A stretch of DNA of 64,000 nt from Candidatus Dadabacteria bacterium (lineage in GTDB: Bacteria; Desulfobacterota_D; UBA1144; Nemesobacterales; Nemesobacteraceae), in the NCBI GenBank assembly GCA_022827275.1, contig JAJDTG010000008.1:3510-67509 (forward strand). The letters are read 5' to 3'. The position numbers were made by a program, and so were the translations under genes. Of this stretch, positions 47,476 to 54,822 are shown one piece after another (positions within the stretch are counted from its first letter, which is position 1; every line of letters begins with the position of its first letter). The notes beneath the pieces are model-generated. The model made no database searches and was not told where the DNA came from. It worked only from the letters and a program-made list of their open reading frames with translations.

Positions 47476-48279
47476 TTATTCTCCCGGGGTAGACAAGTTC
47501 TTAAGGTGTTCTTTCGCCGTTGTGGCTTCGGGTGAGTCCGGATACGCTTCAATCAGCGATTCGAAAAAGAGACTCGCCTCGTTCGGTTTCCCTATCTTCA
47601 AGAGCGCTATTCCTTGGTTGAGCTGGCAAAGCGGGATTTTGGGGTTGGCTGGCCAGGTTTCAATGATATTCTGGTATTCAAGTATGGCTTCCTCGTAGAA
47701 TTTTTCCTTGAAGTAGGAATCTGCGATGAGGAACATCGCGTCTGCGGCCTCATCGCTTCTGGGGGCGGCGGCAAGATACTCTCGAAGCAGCGTCCTTGCG
47801 GCCTCATAGTTGCCGTCGGCGAACTCCTTTACTCCCAGGTCGTAGCTCTTCTTGGGATTCTTTTCCGCAGGGGATGGTTCTTTGCTTGTGCTTTCAGAAT
47901 CCTGCTCGGAAACCGGGGCGGCCTGCGTCTGCGGTTGCGGAACTGCGGCCCGGGATCCTGCCTCTGCGATTGACGACAGTCCGGTTTCTATTTCTTTGAA
48001 CCTTTCTTCGCTCTGCGCATGCATCTCGCCTATTATCTGCTCGAGTTCCAGAAGCTTGTTCTCGAGTTCGAAAGTCTTTTCGTTAATATCAGTGATATTC
48101 TCTTGTTTCTTTACTTCTGCCTTGAGCCAGTCGATATCCTTCTGCATCTTCTTGATGTTCGTCTCAGCTTCCCTTTGCCTCGAGTAAAGAAAATCCAGAT
48201 CTCCTTCCGATGCTACGCAACCGTACATGAACACGGAGGAAAACAATGCTACGGCGACGGCCAGATATTTTTTTCTCAT
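47476..48279 (-). CDS. cpoB: Tol-Pal system protein CpoB/YbgF (coiled-coil plus TPR)
   Basis: Signal peptide, an N-terminal coiled coil, and C-terminal TPR repeats (YDLGVKEFADGNYEAA...). Confidence 0.75.
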   Translation of the reverse strand: MRKKYLAVAVALFSSVFMYGCVASEGDLDFLYSRQREAETNIKKMQKDIDWLKAEVKKQENITDINEKTFELENKLLELEQIIGEMHAQSEERFKEIETGLSSIAEAGSRAAVPQPQTQAAPVSEQDSESTSKEPSPAEKNPKKSYDLGVKEFADGNYEAARTLLREYLAAAPRSDEAADAMFLIADSYFKEKFYEEAILEYQNIIETWPANPKIPLCQLNQGIALLKIGKPNEASLFFESLIEAYPDSPEATTAKEHLKNLSTPGE

Positions 48280-49052
48280 TGATTCTCTGAGGAATTATTG
48301 TCAGAGAGGGCCATGAAGTGTCCTCGCCTGTTACGGCTGTACGCCTCATCTGATGCTCCCTCTTGCCATATTTCCGTCTCTCCCTTGCTGATTGAGTGCA
48401 GCATGTCGGGAGACATCCCTTTTCCGATCATGTATTTCTTGATCTCATCCGCTCTTTTCTTTCCAAGGGAGAGGTTGTATTCCTCGGTTCCGCGGATGTC
48501 GCAGAAACCGAAGACGAGGATGAATTTGATTCTGTCTTTATTCTTTTCAAAGACTCTTATGTTGCCGTCGATTATCTCCATTCCCTCTTTCGATATCTGC
48601 GCGCTGTCGAATTCGAAGAACACGTCCGAGGTGGGAAGGTTTATCAGGTTTTCCTTGGAGAAGGCTTCGCTCAGCAGGGATTTCCGTATTTCCTGAGCTT
48701 CTTCGTCAAAGCTCTCCATGAATACATCTTCCTTGGCGGTGCCGATTGCCTGAGTCGCTTTTAGTTCTGCCTGTGAGAGGACCTTCTCGGCTTCTTCAAG
48801 ATTCCCTTCTTCTATAAGGTTCTGGGCCATCTCGAAAAGCTTTTGCGCCTCTTCATACTCCCAAGTGTCTTCGGCGCCCTCCGCTCGGGCTTCCTCAAGC
48901 CTCTCCGATACTGCCATGACCTTGTCCTGAGCATCCGTCAAAGGCTCTTCAGCCGAGAGAGGATGCGGGGGAGCCTTCTTCGAGCATCCCGAGATGTGCA
49001 GGACACCCAAGAGCAGAAAAACAAAGGCGATCGCCGGAATTATTTTTTTCAT
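48276..49052 (-). CDS. pal: OmpA-family peptidoglycan-associated lipoprotein (Pal-like) with an extended coiled-coil N-terminal region
   Basis: Lipobox LHISGC. C-terminal OmpA-like domain (NLSLGKKRADEIKKYMIGKG). Start set at MKKIIPAIAF. Confidence 0.7.
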   Translation of the reverse strand: MKKIIPAIAFVFLLLGVLHISGCSKKAPPHPLSAEEPLTDAQDKVMAVSERLEEARAEGAEDTWEYEEAQKLFEMAQNLIEEGNLEEAEKVLSQAELKATQAIGTAKEDVFMESFDEEAQEIRKSLLSEAFSKENLINLPTSDVFFEFDSAQISKEGMEIIDGNIRVFEKNKDRIKFILVFGFCDIRGTEEYNLSLGKKRADEIKKYMIGKGMSPDMLHSISKGETEIWQEGASDEAYSRNRRGHFMALSDNNSSENQ

Positions 49053-49195
49053 GATCAGGATTTCAGTCCGTTTAAAAGGTACTGCCGCATTATAGCGGGT
49101 AAACTTGAAAGACAGGGTTACTATAGCACACGGGAGATGTTTTTTCAATTCTCCCGCGGTATTTTCTGCCGGGGATAAAAACAAGGAGTTTTCGA

Positions 49196-49771
49196 GTGAA
49201 CGACGCACCTTCGGTTACCGGGGTTTTCTGGCATAACTGTCCCGTGGTGATCATAACCAGCAGGCAGGAGGATGAGATAAACGGGCAGGTGGCTGTGACG
49301 CTTGTCACCTCCTCGATAGTCCACACCGTGCCCAGGCTCCTTATGGGGATATGGAAGGGAAATCACACCCACGGGTTCATAATGAAAAGCAAAAATCTCG
49401 TGGTTCATCTTCTCAGAAGGGACCAGATCGCCCTTGTGCGGAACTTCGGTTTTTATTCGGGCAGGGACAAGAAAAAATTTATCGGCATAGACCATTTCGA
49501 GGGCAGAAACGGCTGTCCCGTCTTAGAGGGAATACATTCCTACGTGGAGTGCTCGGTGCTCAACGCCATGGACGGCGGAGACATGACCGCTTTTCTTGTA
49601 AGCGCCGACTACGGGGAGATAATGAGGGGAGGGGAATGGATGACACTTGCGGATTTCTACTCCCTGGCTCCCGAGGAGTGGGTGATTGAGTACGGACAGA
49701 AACTTGTGGAGTCAGTAAGTTTTTCCATGCCGATAATACACAAGATAAGCCACGAACCGTTCCAGCCGTGA
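49196..49771 (+). CDS. flavin reductase family protein (FMN-binding split barrel)
   Basis: 191 aa with flavin-reductase-like domain features (VVIITSRQEDEINGQVAVT). Confidence 0.65.
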   Translation: MNDAPSVTGVFWHNCPVVIITSRQEDEINGQVAVTLVTSSIVHTVPRLLMGIWKGNHTHGFIMKSKNLVVHLLRRDQIALVRNFGFYSGRDKKKFIGIDHFEGRNGCPVLEGIHSYVECSVLNAMDGGDMTAFLVSADYGEIMRGGEWMTLADFYSLAPEEWVIEYGQKLVESVSFSMPIIHKISHEPFQP

Positions 49772-49791
49772 GCGGGTGCCGGTTAGGACCT

Positions 49792-50190
49792 TCAGCGTAT
49801 TATTATGGTCGCGGAGCCTGAACTTCTCTCCGCGTATTTCCTCAGTCTGCTTTGGAGCTTTTTCTTGAACCAGTTTCTTGTAAAGGGAATAAGAAGGGAG
49901 AAGCCCAGGAGATCTGTAAGCAGTCCGGGGGTAAGAAGCACAACCCCTCCCACGAGCACCAGAAGACCGTTTATGAGGCTTTCCGTGGGCGGTCTGCCTT
50001 CGGCGACTTCTGCTCTTATCGCGCCTATGACCTGCGTTCCCTGACTTCTGGCAAGCGCTGCTCCCAACACCCCCGTCGCTATGACTATGAATATGGTCGG
50101 CCAGAGTCCTATTCTGTTCCCGAGCTTTATGAGCAGCGCGAGCTCAATGAGCGGAACCACGGTGAATAGAATTAGCAGTCTTGCGAACAT
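49792..50190 (-). CDS. fxsA: FxsA family membrane protein
   Basis: N-terminal LILFTVVPLIELALLIKLG is the hallmark FxsA start. Confidence 0.75.
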   Translation of the reverse strand: MFARLLILFTVVPLIELALLIKLGNRIGLWPTIFIVIATGVLGAALARSQGTQVIGAIRAEVAEGRPPTESLINGLLVLVGGVVLLTPGLLTDLLGFSLLIPFTRNWFKKKLQSRLRKYAERSSGSATIIIR

Positions 50191-50266
50191 CTGAAATTGT
50201 TTAGAGATAAATCCCGGTTGTCTTTACGGTATAATAATACATCCGGAGGAAAATGCCGAATTACCG

Positions 50267-51007
50267 ATGGGAAACCTGCTTTCGCAAAGAAAAATTCTCA
50301 TATCTTTTCTGCTTGTCTTGTGTCTGGCAGTGGGAGGATGTCGGCTCTTCAGGTTCCTTGAGGTAAAAAGCCAGCTCGGAGATTTCAGCGAGAATTTCAG
50401 CGTAAGCGACCACGACGGCCTCCGCCTCGTCTTCAAAAAACCCGTACTGCTCGCAGAAGACATCGAGTGGCTCATGGTCTACTCGCCGCCCGTAAAAACC
50501 CGCGTTGCCACGGACACCGAGCTTTGGACCTATCACTTGGTGAAAAAGTATCCCGGCAGAAAGAGCGAAAGCGGAAATTTCGATCTGGCTATGGGTATGA
50601 AGCTTTGTTGGGGAAAGCTTTGCGAGATTATCTTTCCCGAGCGCCTAACTAAGTACATAAACAAGGAAGTTCTCGGGAAGGTGATGGGTTCGGTGGGTGG
50701 AGCCGAAGTGAGAAAGCTTAAGAAGACAAGCACCGCGGCCGTAAGATCCCTTGAACCCAAGGAGATCCCGAGCTTCTCCGAGGTGATAGAGATTCTCGGT
50801 CACCCGTACGGAAAGTTAAACGAGGAAGGCGGCGGGGTTTTGGTCTACAAGTACAGGCTTCGGGAGAAAACCCCGGAGGGGAAATACATAGTGTTCAGGC
50901 TTCTTCTCAGCTTTGATGAAAAGACCGACAAGCTGAAAAAACTGGTGCTTCCGCTTAGAAGCGTGATGCTTACGATGAATTTCGAGCCGGATGTGGCGCG
51001 AAAATGA
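50267..51007 (+). CDS. hypothetical lipoprotein
   Basis: Signal peptide with lipobox LAVGGC. 246 aa. Its stop overlaps the ispE start. Confidence 0.4.
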   Translation: MGNLLSQRKILISFLLVLCLAVGGCRLFRFLEVKSQLGDFSENFSVSDHDGLRLVFKKPVLLAEDIEWLMVYSPPVKTRVATDTELWTYHLVKKYPGRKSESGNFDLAMGMKLCWGKLCEIIFPERLTKYINKEVLGKVMGSVGGAEVRKLKKTSTAAVRSLEPKEIPSFSEVIEILGHPYGKLNEEGGGVLVYKYRLREKTPEGKYIVFRLLLSFDEKTDKLKKLVLPLRSVMLTMNFEPDVARK

Positions 51008-51870
51008 GTTTTGTGAAGCTTCTTTCTCCTGCGAAGGTAAATCTGTTTCTCAGGGTTCTCCGAAAGTGCCCCGACGGCTATCATGAACTTCAGTCCATCC
51101 TGCAACCCGTGAGTCTCTTTGACGAGATGAGCCTTTCGGTAGAACCGGGAGAGGGGTCAAGTCTTTCATGCTCGGGAAGAAAAACGCCCTCCGGAAAAGA
51201 CAATCTTGCCGTGGCCGCCTCCTGTCTTTATCTTGAGCAAGCCGGGATTCGAAAAAGGGTTTCCATAGGAATAAAAAAGAATATTCCCCTTGGTGCCGGT
51301 CTCGGAGGAGGAAGCTCAAATGCCGCGGCGGTTTTGGTGGGCCTCAACAGGATCTTCAGGAAATTTGCCGACCGGGACCTGCTCCGGATGGCTGCATCTC
51401 TCGGAGCTGACGTTCCGTTCTTCGTAAGATCCACCACTTCGTTTGTCGAGGGAGTGGGAGAGAGGGTAGGGGTGCTCTCCGATTTCCCGCTTTTTCACTA
51501 CGTCATTCTTTTCCCGGGAAAAAGCCTCTCGACCCGGGAAGTCTACGAGAGGTGGGAACGCCCGGAGGACCTGCCCGAAAAAGTCAATCCCGGTTCTCTT
51601 GCGGAGCGGTTCCGCAGGGGGCATTTTCCCATTGAGAACAGCCTTGAGGCGGCGGTGTTTGCACTATTTCCCGAGATTCTTTCTCTAAAAGAGATTTTTC
51701 AATCGCTCGGGGCGCGTTTCATTCTTGTCTCGGGAAGCGGGTCGTCGGTCTTTTCCGTTTTCAGGAAGCGGAGTGCGGCTGAGGAAATCCACGAGTACCT
51801 GGCAACATCTTCAGAGTTTGACGTTTTTTTGGCAAGCGGAATAAGCGGCTGGCACTTTCTTGCGGACTGA
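51004..51870 (+). CDS. ispE: 4-(cytidine 5'-diphospho)-2-C-methyl-D-erythritol kinase
   Basis: N-terminal PAKVNLFLRV and GHMP-kinase motif PLGAGLGGGSSNAA. Confidence 0.9.
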   Translation: MSFVKLLSPAKVNLFLRVLRKCPDGYHELQSILQPVSLFDEMSLSVEPGEGSSLSCSGRKTPSGKDNLAVAASCLYLEQAGIRKRVSIGIKKNIPLGAGLGGGSSNAAAVLVGLNRIFRKFADRDLLRMAASLGADVPFFVRSTTSFVEGVGERVGVLSDFPLFHYVILFPGKSLSTREVYERWERPEDLPEKVNPGSLAERFRRGHFPIENSLEAAVFALFPEILSLKEIFQSLGARFILVSGSGSSVFSVFRKRSAAEEIHEYLATSSEFDVFLASGISGWHFLAD

Positions 51871-51928
51871 ACCTTTCTACCCAGGATTCTGAACGAAAGC
51901 TCGCCCATGTGCGGACCGTCTGTTTTGT

Positions 51929-51958
51929 TTGACATGGGTGAGGAGTCAACACTATAAT
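51929..51958 (+). promoter_or_regulatory. near-consensus sigma70 promoter TTGACA-N18-TATAAT
   Basis: TTGACA at 51929..51934 and TATAAT at 51953..51958. Drives the downstream SRCR-domain gene. Confidence 0.55.
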
Positions 51959-51971
51959 AGAAAAGGGTACT

Positions 51972-51983
51972 GGGGGGGGGGGG
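51972..51983 (+). repeat. G12 homopolymeric tract in the initially transcribed / 5' leader region
   Basis: 12 consecutive G starting 14 nt after the -10 hexamer. About 45 nt upstream of the GTG start at 52029, which is preceded by the RBS AGGGAGG. Confidence 0.9.
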
Positions 51984-52028
51984 ATTTGGAAAAACGGATG
52001 TAGTTATCAAAAAATTAGGGAGGTTCAG

Positions 52029-53297
52029 GTGAAACGATTCGAAAAACTCAGAAACAGCCTCTGGAACAGCAAAAATAGCGGGAGGGGGAGCGGCATGAAC
52101 CTGTCGCGCGTTCTGGTTATGGCTGCCGGGTTTCTGCTGGGGTTTTTGCTCATGGGCGAGCCCGCGGACGTAAGCACGCAGGAAGTAAATGCCGACGGGG
52201 ACCTGAGACTGGTTAATGTGAGCACGGACGCCGTGGTGGATCTCAGTACGGCTACCGCGCCCTCGGGCAGACTTGAGATATTCGATGATCCCGACGGCGA
52301 CGGCACCGGCGAATGGAAGGGCATATGTGATGACAAACTTGGAACTCTGGGAAAAGCGGAACACAATAATATCCGCGTAATCGGCAGGCAGGAGGCCCGC
52401 GTGGCGTGTCGGCAGCTTGGCTTCTCGGGAGGAGTGCCGATAACCAGACTTGCGCTTCCCTCAAGTGCCGCGGCGAACCCGTCGGCGTATTACCTGCTTG
52501 ATGAGCTTGAATGCTCGGGTTCTGAGGACAGAATTCTCGGCGAAGGAAAGTGCTACCACCTGCCGCGCGGGCTGAACGACTGCGGCAATAAAGAGGCTTT
52601 CGGAGTTACCTGCGAAGCCCCGACCTCAAACAATGATGCCGTAGGTCATATAGCGATCAGGGGCACCGAACCCAAAACCGGGGTGACCGTGACCGCGGAT
52701 CACTCAGGGATTACCGACGCGGACGGAAAGCCCACGGACGCAAGCGCGTTTTCCTATCAGTGGATAAGGTCCGATATATTCTGGAACGAAACGACAATCC
52801 CGGGAGCGACCGCTTCTGCGTATACCTTGCAGGAAGCCGATGAGGAAGAATGGATCAAAGTCAGGATCGGTTTCACCGATAACGCGGGCAACGCAGAAGT
52901 GGTGGAAAGCTTTGAAGTGGGGCCTGTCTATACGAACAAGCCCGACGGCAGCCTCAGACTGATTTCCACAATCACTGTGGGCACCGGCCAGGTGTCCGGT
53001 CCAAATGGAGGGCTGCTCCAGATATTTGACGAACAAAGCAAGCGATGGAAGGGGGTATGCGATGACAACTGGGACGATCAGGACGCGGGGGTGGCGTGCC
53101 GGCAGCTTGGCTATTCGGCCGGAGGAACGGCGGATGGCGAGATAATCTGGCTTGGATATCCACCGCTTCTTTACCTTCTTGATGAAGTGGAGTGCGACGG
53201 TACGGAGAACACGCTGCTTGAATGCGACCACGCGGGACGAGGAGTGCACGACTGCACAGCCGTGGAGTACGCGGGCGTCACATGCGTGCCGAACTGA
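52029..53297 (+). CDS. secreted protein with two scavenger-receptor cysteine-rich (SRCR)-like domains
   Basis: GTG start. Signal/TM region LVMAAGFLLGFLLMG. Two modules matching the SRCR pattern (GRLEIF...WKGICDD...ARVACRQLGFSGG...LDELECSG and GGLLQIF...WKGVCDDNWDDQDAGVACRQLGYSAGG...LDEVECDG...C...C). Confidence 0.6.
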   Translation: MKRFEKLRNSLWNSKNSGRGSGMNLSRVLVMAAGFLLGFLLMGEPADVSTQEVNADGDLRLVNVSTDAVVDLSTATAPSGRLEIFDDPDGDGTGEWKGICDDKLGTLGKAEHNNIRVIGRQEARVACRQLGFSGGVPITRLALPSSAAANPSAYYLLDELECSGSEDRILGEGKCYHLPRGLNDCGNKEAFGVTCEAPTSNNDAVGHIAIRGTEPKTGVTVTADHSGITDADGKPTDASAFSYQWIRSDIFWNETTIPGATASAYTLQEADEEEWIKVRIGFTDNAGNAEVVESFEVGPVYTNKPDGSLRLISTITVGTGQVSGPNGGLLQIFDEQSKRWKGVCDDNWDDQDAGVACRQLGYSAGGTADGEIIWLGYPPLLYLLDEVECDGTENTLLECDHAGRGVHDCTAVEYAGVTCVPN

Positions 53298-53392
53298 TCC
53301 CGGGCGGCGGCGCACTGACCGCCTGAAGTTCTTTGGTCCAGAACAGACATTGAATTAATGCCGCATGAGGTTCTGCGGCTTGGAGAGATGCC

Positions 53393-54631
53393 ATGAGAGA
53401 AACCAAATATCTGATTTTTTTGTTCTGCCTTATGGGATTGCTGGGCGCCGTTTCCTTCCATGCGCTTCCTGCCGCCGCCCATAATAGCAGCCAGCACGCT
53501 ATGAACGACACAACCGTCTCCGACGTATCGGTATCGGATGACAAGACTCTTGAGAATTTTGTAAAGCATGCGGCGGCGCATCTTTCGGAGGCCACTACTT
53601 TTTCCGAAACCCTTGAAATACTGAATGGGTTCAGGGATGAATCGGGGGACTGGAATGACGGTTCCACGTACCTTGTTCTTCTGACAAGCAGGGGGGGGGT
53701 ATATGTTCACCCCAAGAACAGAGAGCTTGAGGATCAGGACTGGTCTGAGCTTAAAGATGGCGCGAAGAACAATGTCGGACAGGAGTTTCTCAAAGGAGGT
53801 CTGGTGACTTACAGTACCGGCAAAGCCTATGCGCATCATTTCACTGCCCCGGCTGTTCCATTCGCTAATCCACGCTCCTCCGACATGTTTGTTCTCATCG
53901 GCGGATTTGATTATGAGCCCGAAGTTGTAGGTCAGAAAAAGTCCTATGAGGATCTGATTGAATCAATCCCTCAGGATAGACGTCCGCGTCCGAGCAAGGA
54001 GGCCTTCGAGATAGGCGGCGAAGAGACCCGCGAAATGGACGAACAGGAACTTAAAACATTTGTGGAAGAGGCCGTTCTTTTCTTTTCAGGGGCTATTGTT
54101 CTTCCCGATATTGATCCCGTGAGGCTGCGCACTATTTTCAGGCTTGATAGAGGGCCATGGAGACACATATCCACCTACATCTATATAATGGACGGAGATG
54201 GCAACGTGATTTTCAACGGGGCGAACAGAAACATTGAGCAGACCAATCTGCTCAACAACCCCGATGTCGGGGAAGATATTGCCCGGCTCATTGACGCGGC
54301 GAAGATGCCTGGAGGAGGATTCGTGGAATATAACTGGGAAGACCCCGCCGTCACAGGTGATGGGGAGCAGCACGGCGGTCCCGGTGGCGATTCGCCGAAG
54401 CTTGGCTACACAAAAGCCCATTCGTCTGACAAGGATAATCCTGACGCCTCTGTCTATATTTTTGGTTCGGGGCTTTATCTCGAGCCATCGGAAGAAGAAG
54501 ATGATGATGGAGGATGTGCTCTTTCCGGTACAGCGAACAGTACTGAAGGTGCTCTTCTGAGCATGCTCCTTGTGGTATCCGCCATTTTTTCCGTTGTTTT
54601 TGTCCGGCAAAGATGCCGGGCGGCCGCTTAA
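53393..54631 (+). CDS. secreted Cache-like (tandem PAS-like extracytoplasmic) domain protein with a C-terminal sorting-signal-like tail
   Basis: Signal peptide. Two Cache-like modules (YLVLLTSRGGVYVHP..., YIYIMDGDGNVIFNG...). C-terminus DDGGCALSG plus TM helix plus RQRCRAAA. Contains an in-frame G9 tract. Confidence 0.55.
   Translation: MRETKYLIFLFCLMGLLGAVSFHALPAAAHNSSQHAMNDTTVSDVSVSDDKTLENFVKHAAAHLSEATTFSETLEILNGFRDESGDWNDGSTYLVLLTSRGGVYVHPKNRELEDQDWSELKDGAKNNVGQEFLKGGLVTYSTGKAYAHHFTAPAVPFANPRSSDMFVLIGGFDYEPEVVGQKKSYEDLIESIPQDRRPRPSKEAFEIGGEETREMDEQELKTFVEEAVLFFSGAIVLPDIDPVRLRTIFRLDRGPWRHISTYIYIMDGDGNVIFNGANRNIEQTNLLNNPDVGEDIARLIDAAKMPGGGFVEYNWEDPAVTGDGEQHGGPGGDSPKLGYTKAHSSDKDNPDASVYIFGSGLYLEPSEEEDDDGGCALSGTANSTEGALLSMLLVVSAIFSVVFVRQRCRAAA
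53691..53699 (+). repeat. G9 homopolymeric tract inside a coding sequence
   Basis: AGC AGG GGG GGG GTA encodes SRGGV in the Cache-like protein. A length change of plus or minus 1 would frameshift the gene. Confidence 0.9.
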
Positions 54632-54727
54632 GCGGTCTCTTGCCGGAATTCCACTTTCCTGCGCTTTGTCGCGCGGTCTTTTGTTAACAGTCGCGCGGAT
54701 GTGGTGGCATTAGAGATTCTTTGCGAC

Positions 54728-54801
54728 TGGGGCGTCGTCTAACGGCAGGACACCGGGTTTTGGTCCCGGTAGTGGGGGTTCGAGTCCTCCCGCCCCAGCC
54801 A
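54728..54801 (+). tRNA. tRNA-Gln (anticodon UUG)
   Basis: 74-nt cloverleaf. Acceptor UGGGGCG/CGCCCCA. 3-bp D stem as in bacterial tRNA-Gln. Anticodon stem CCGGG/CCCGG with loop UUUUGGU. T arm GGGGG-UUCGAGU-CCUCC. Discriminator G and encoded CCA. Close overall match to E. coli tRNA-Gln. Confidence 0.8.
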
Positions 54802-54822
54802 GAAAAAACGGTTCAAGAGCCC

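Noticed and set aside
54721-54822. Upstream part of the pcrA ORF starting at 54721
   Set aside because: It overlaps the tRNA-Gln gene. The helicase N-terminus aligns from the GTG at 54823.
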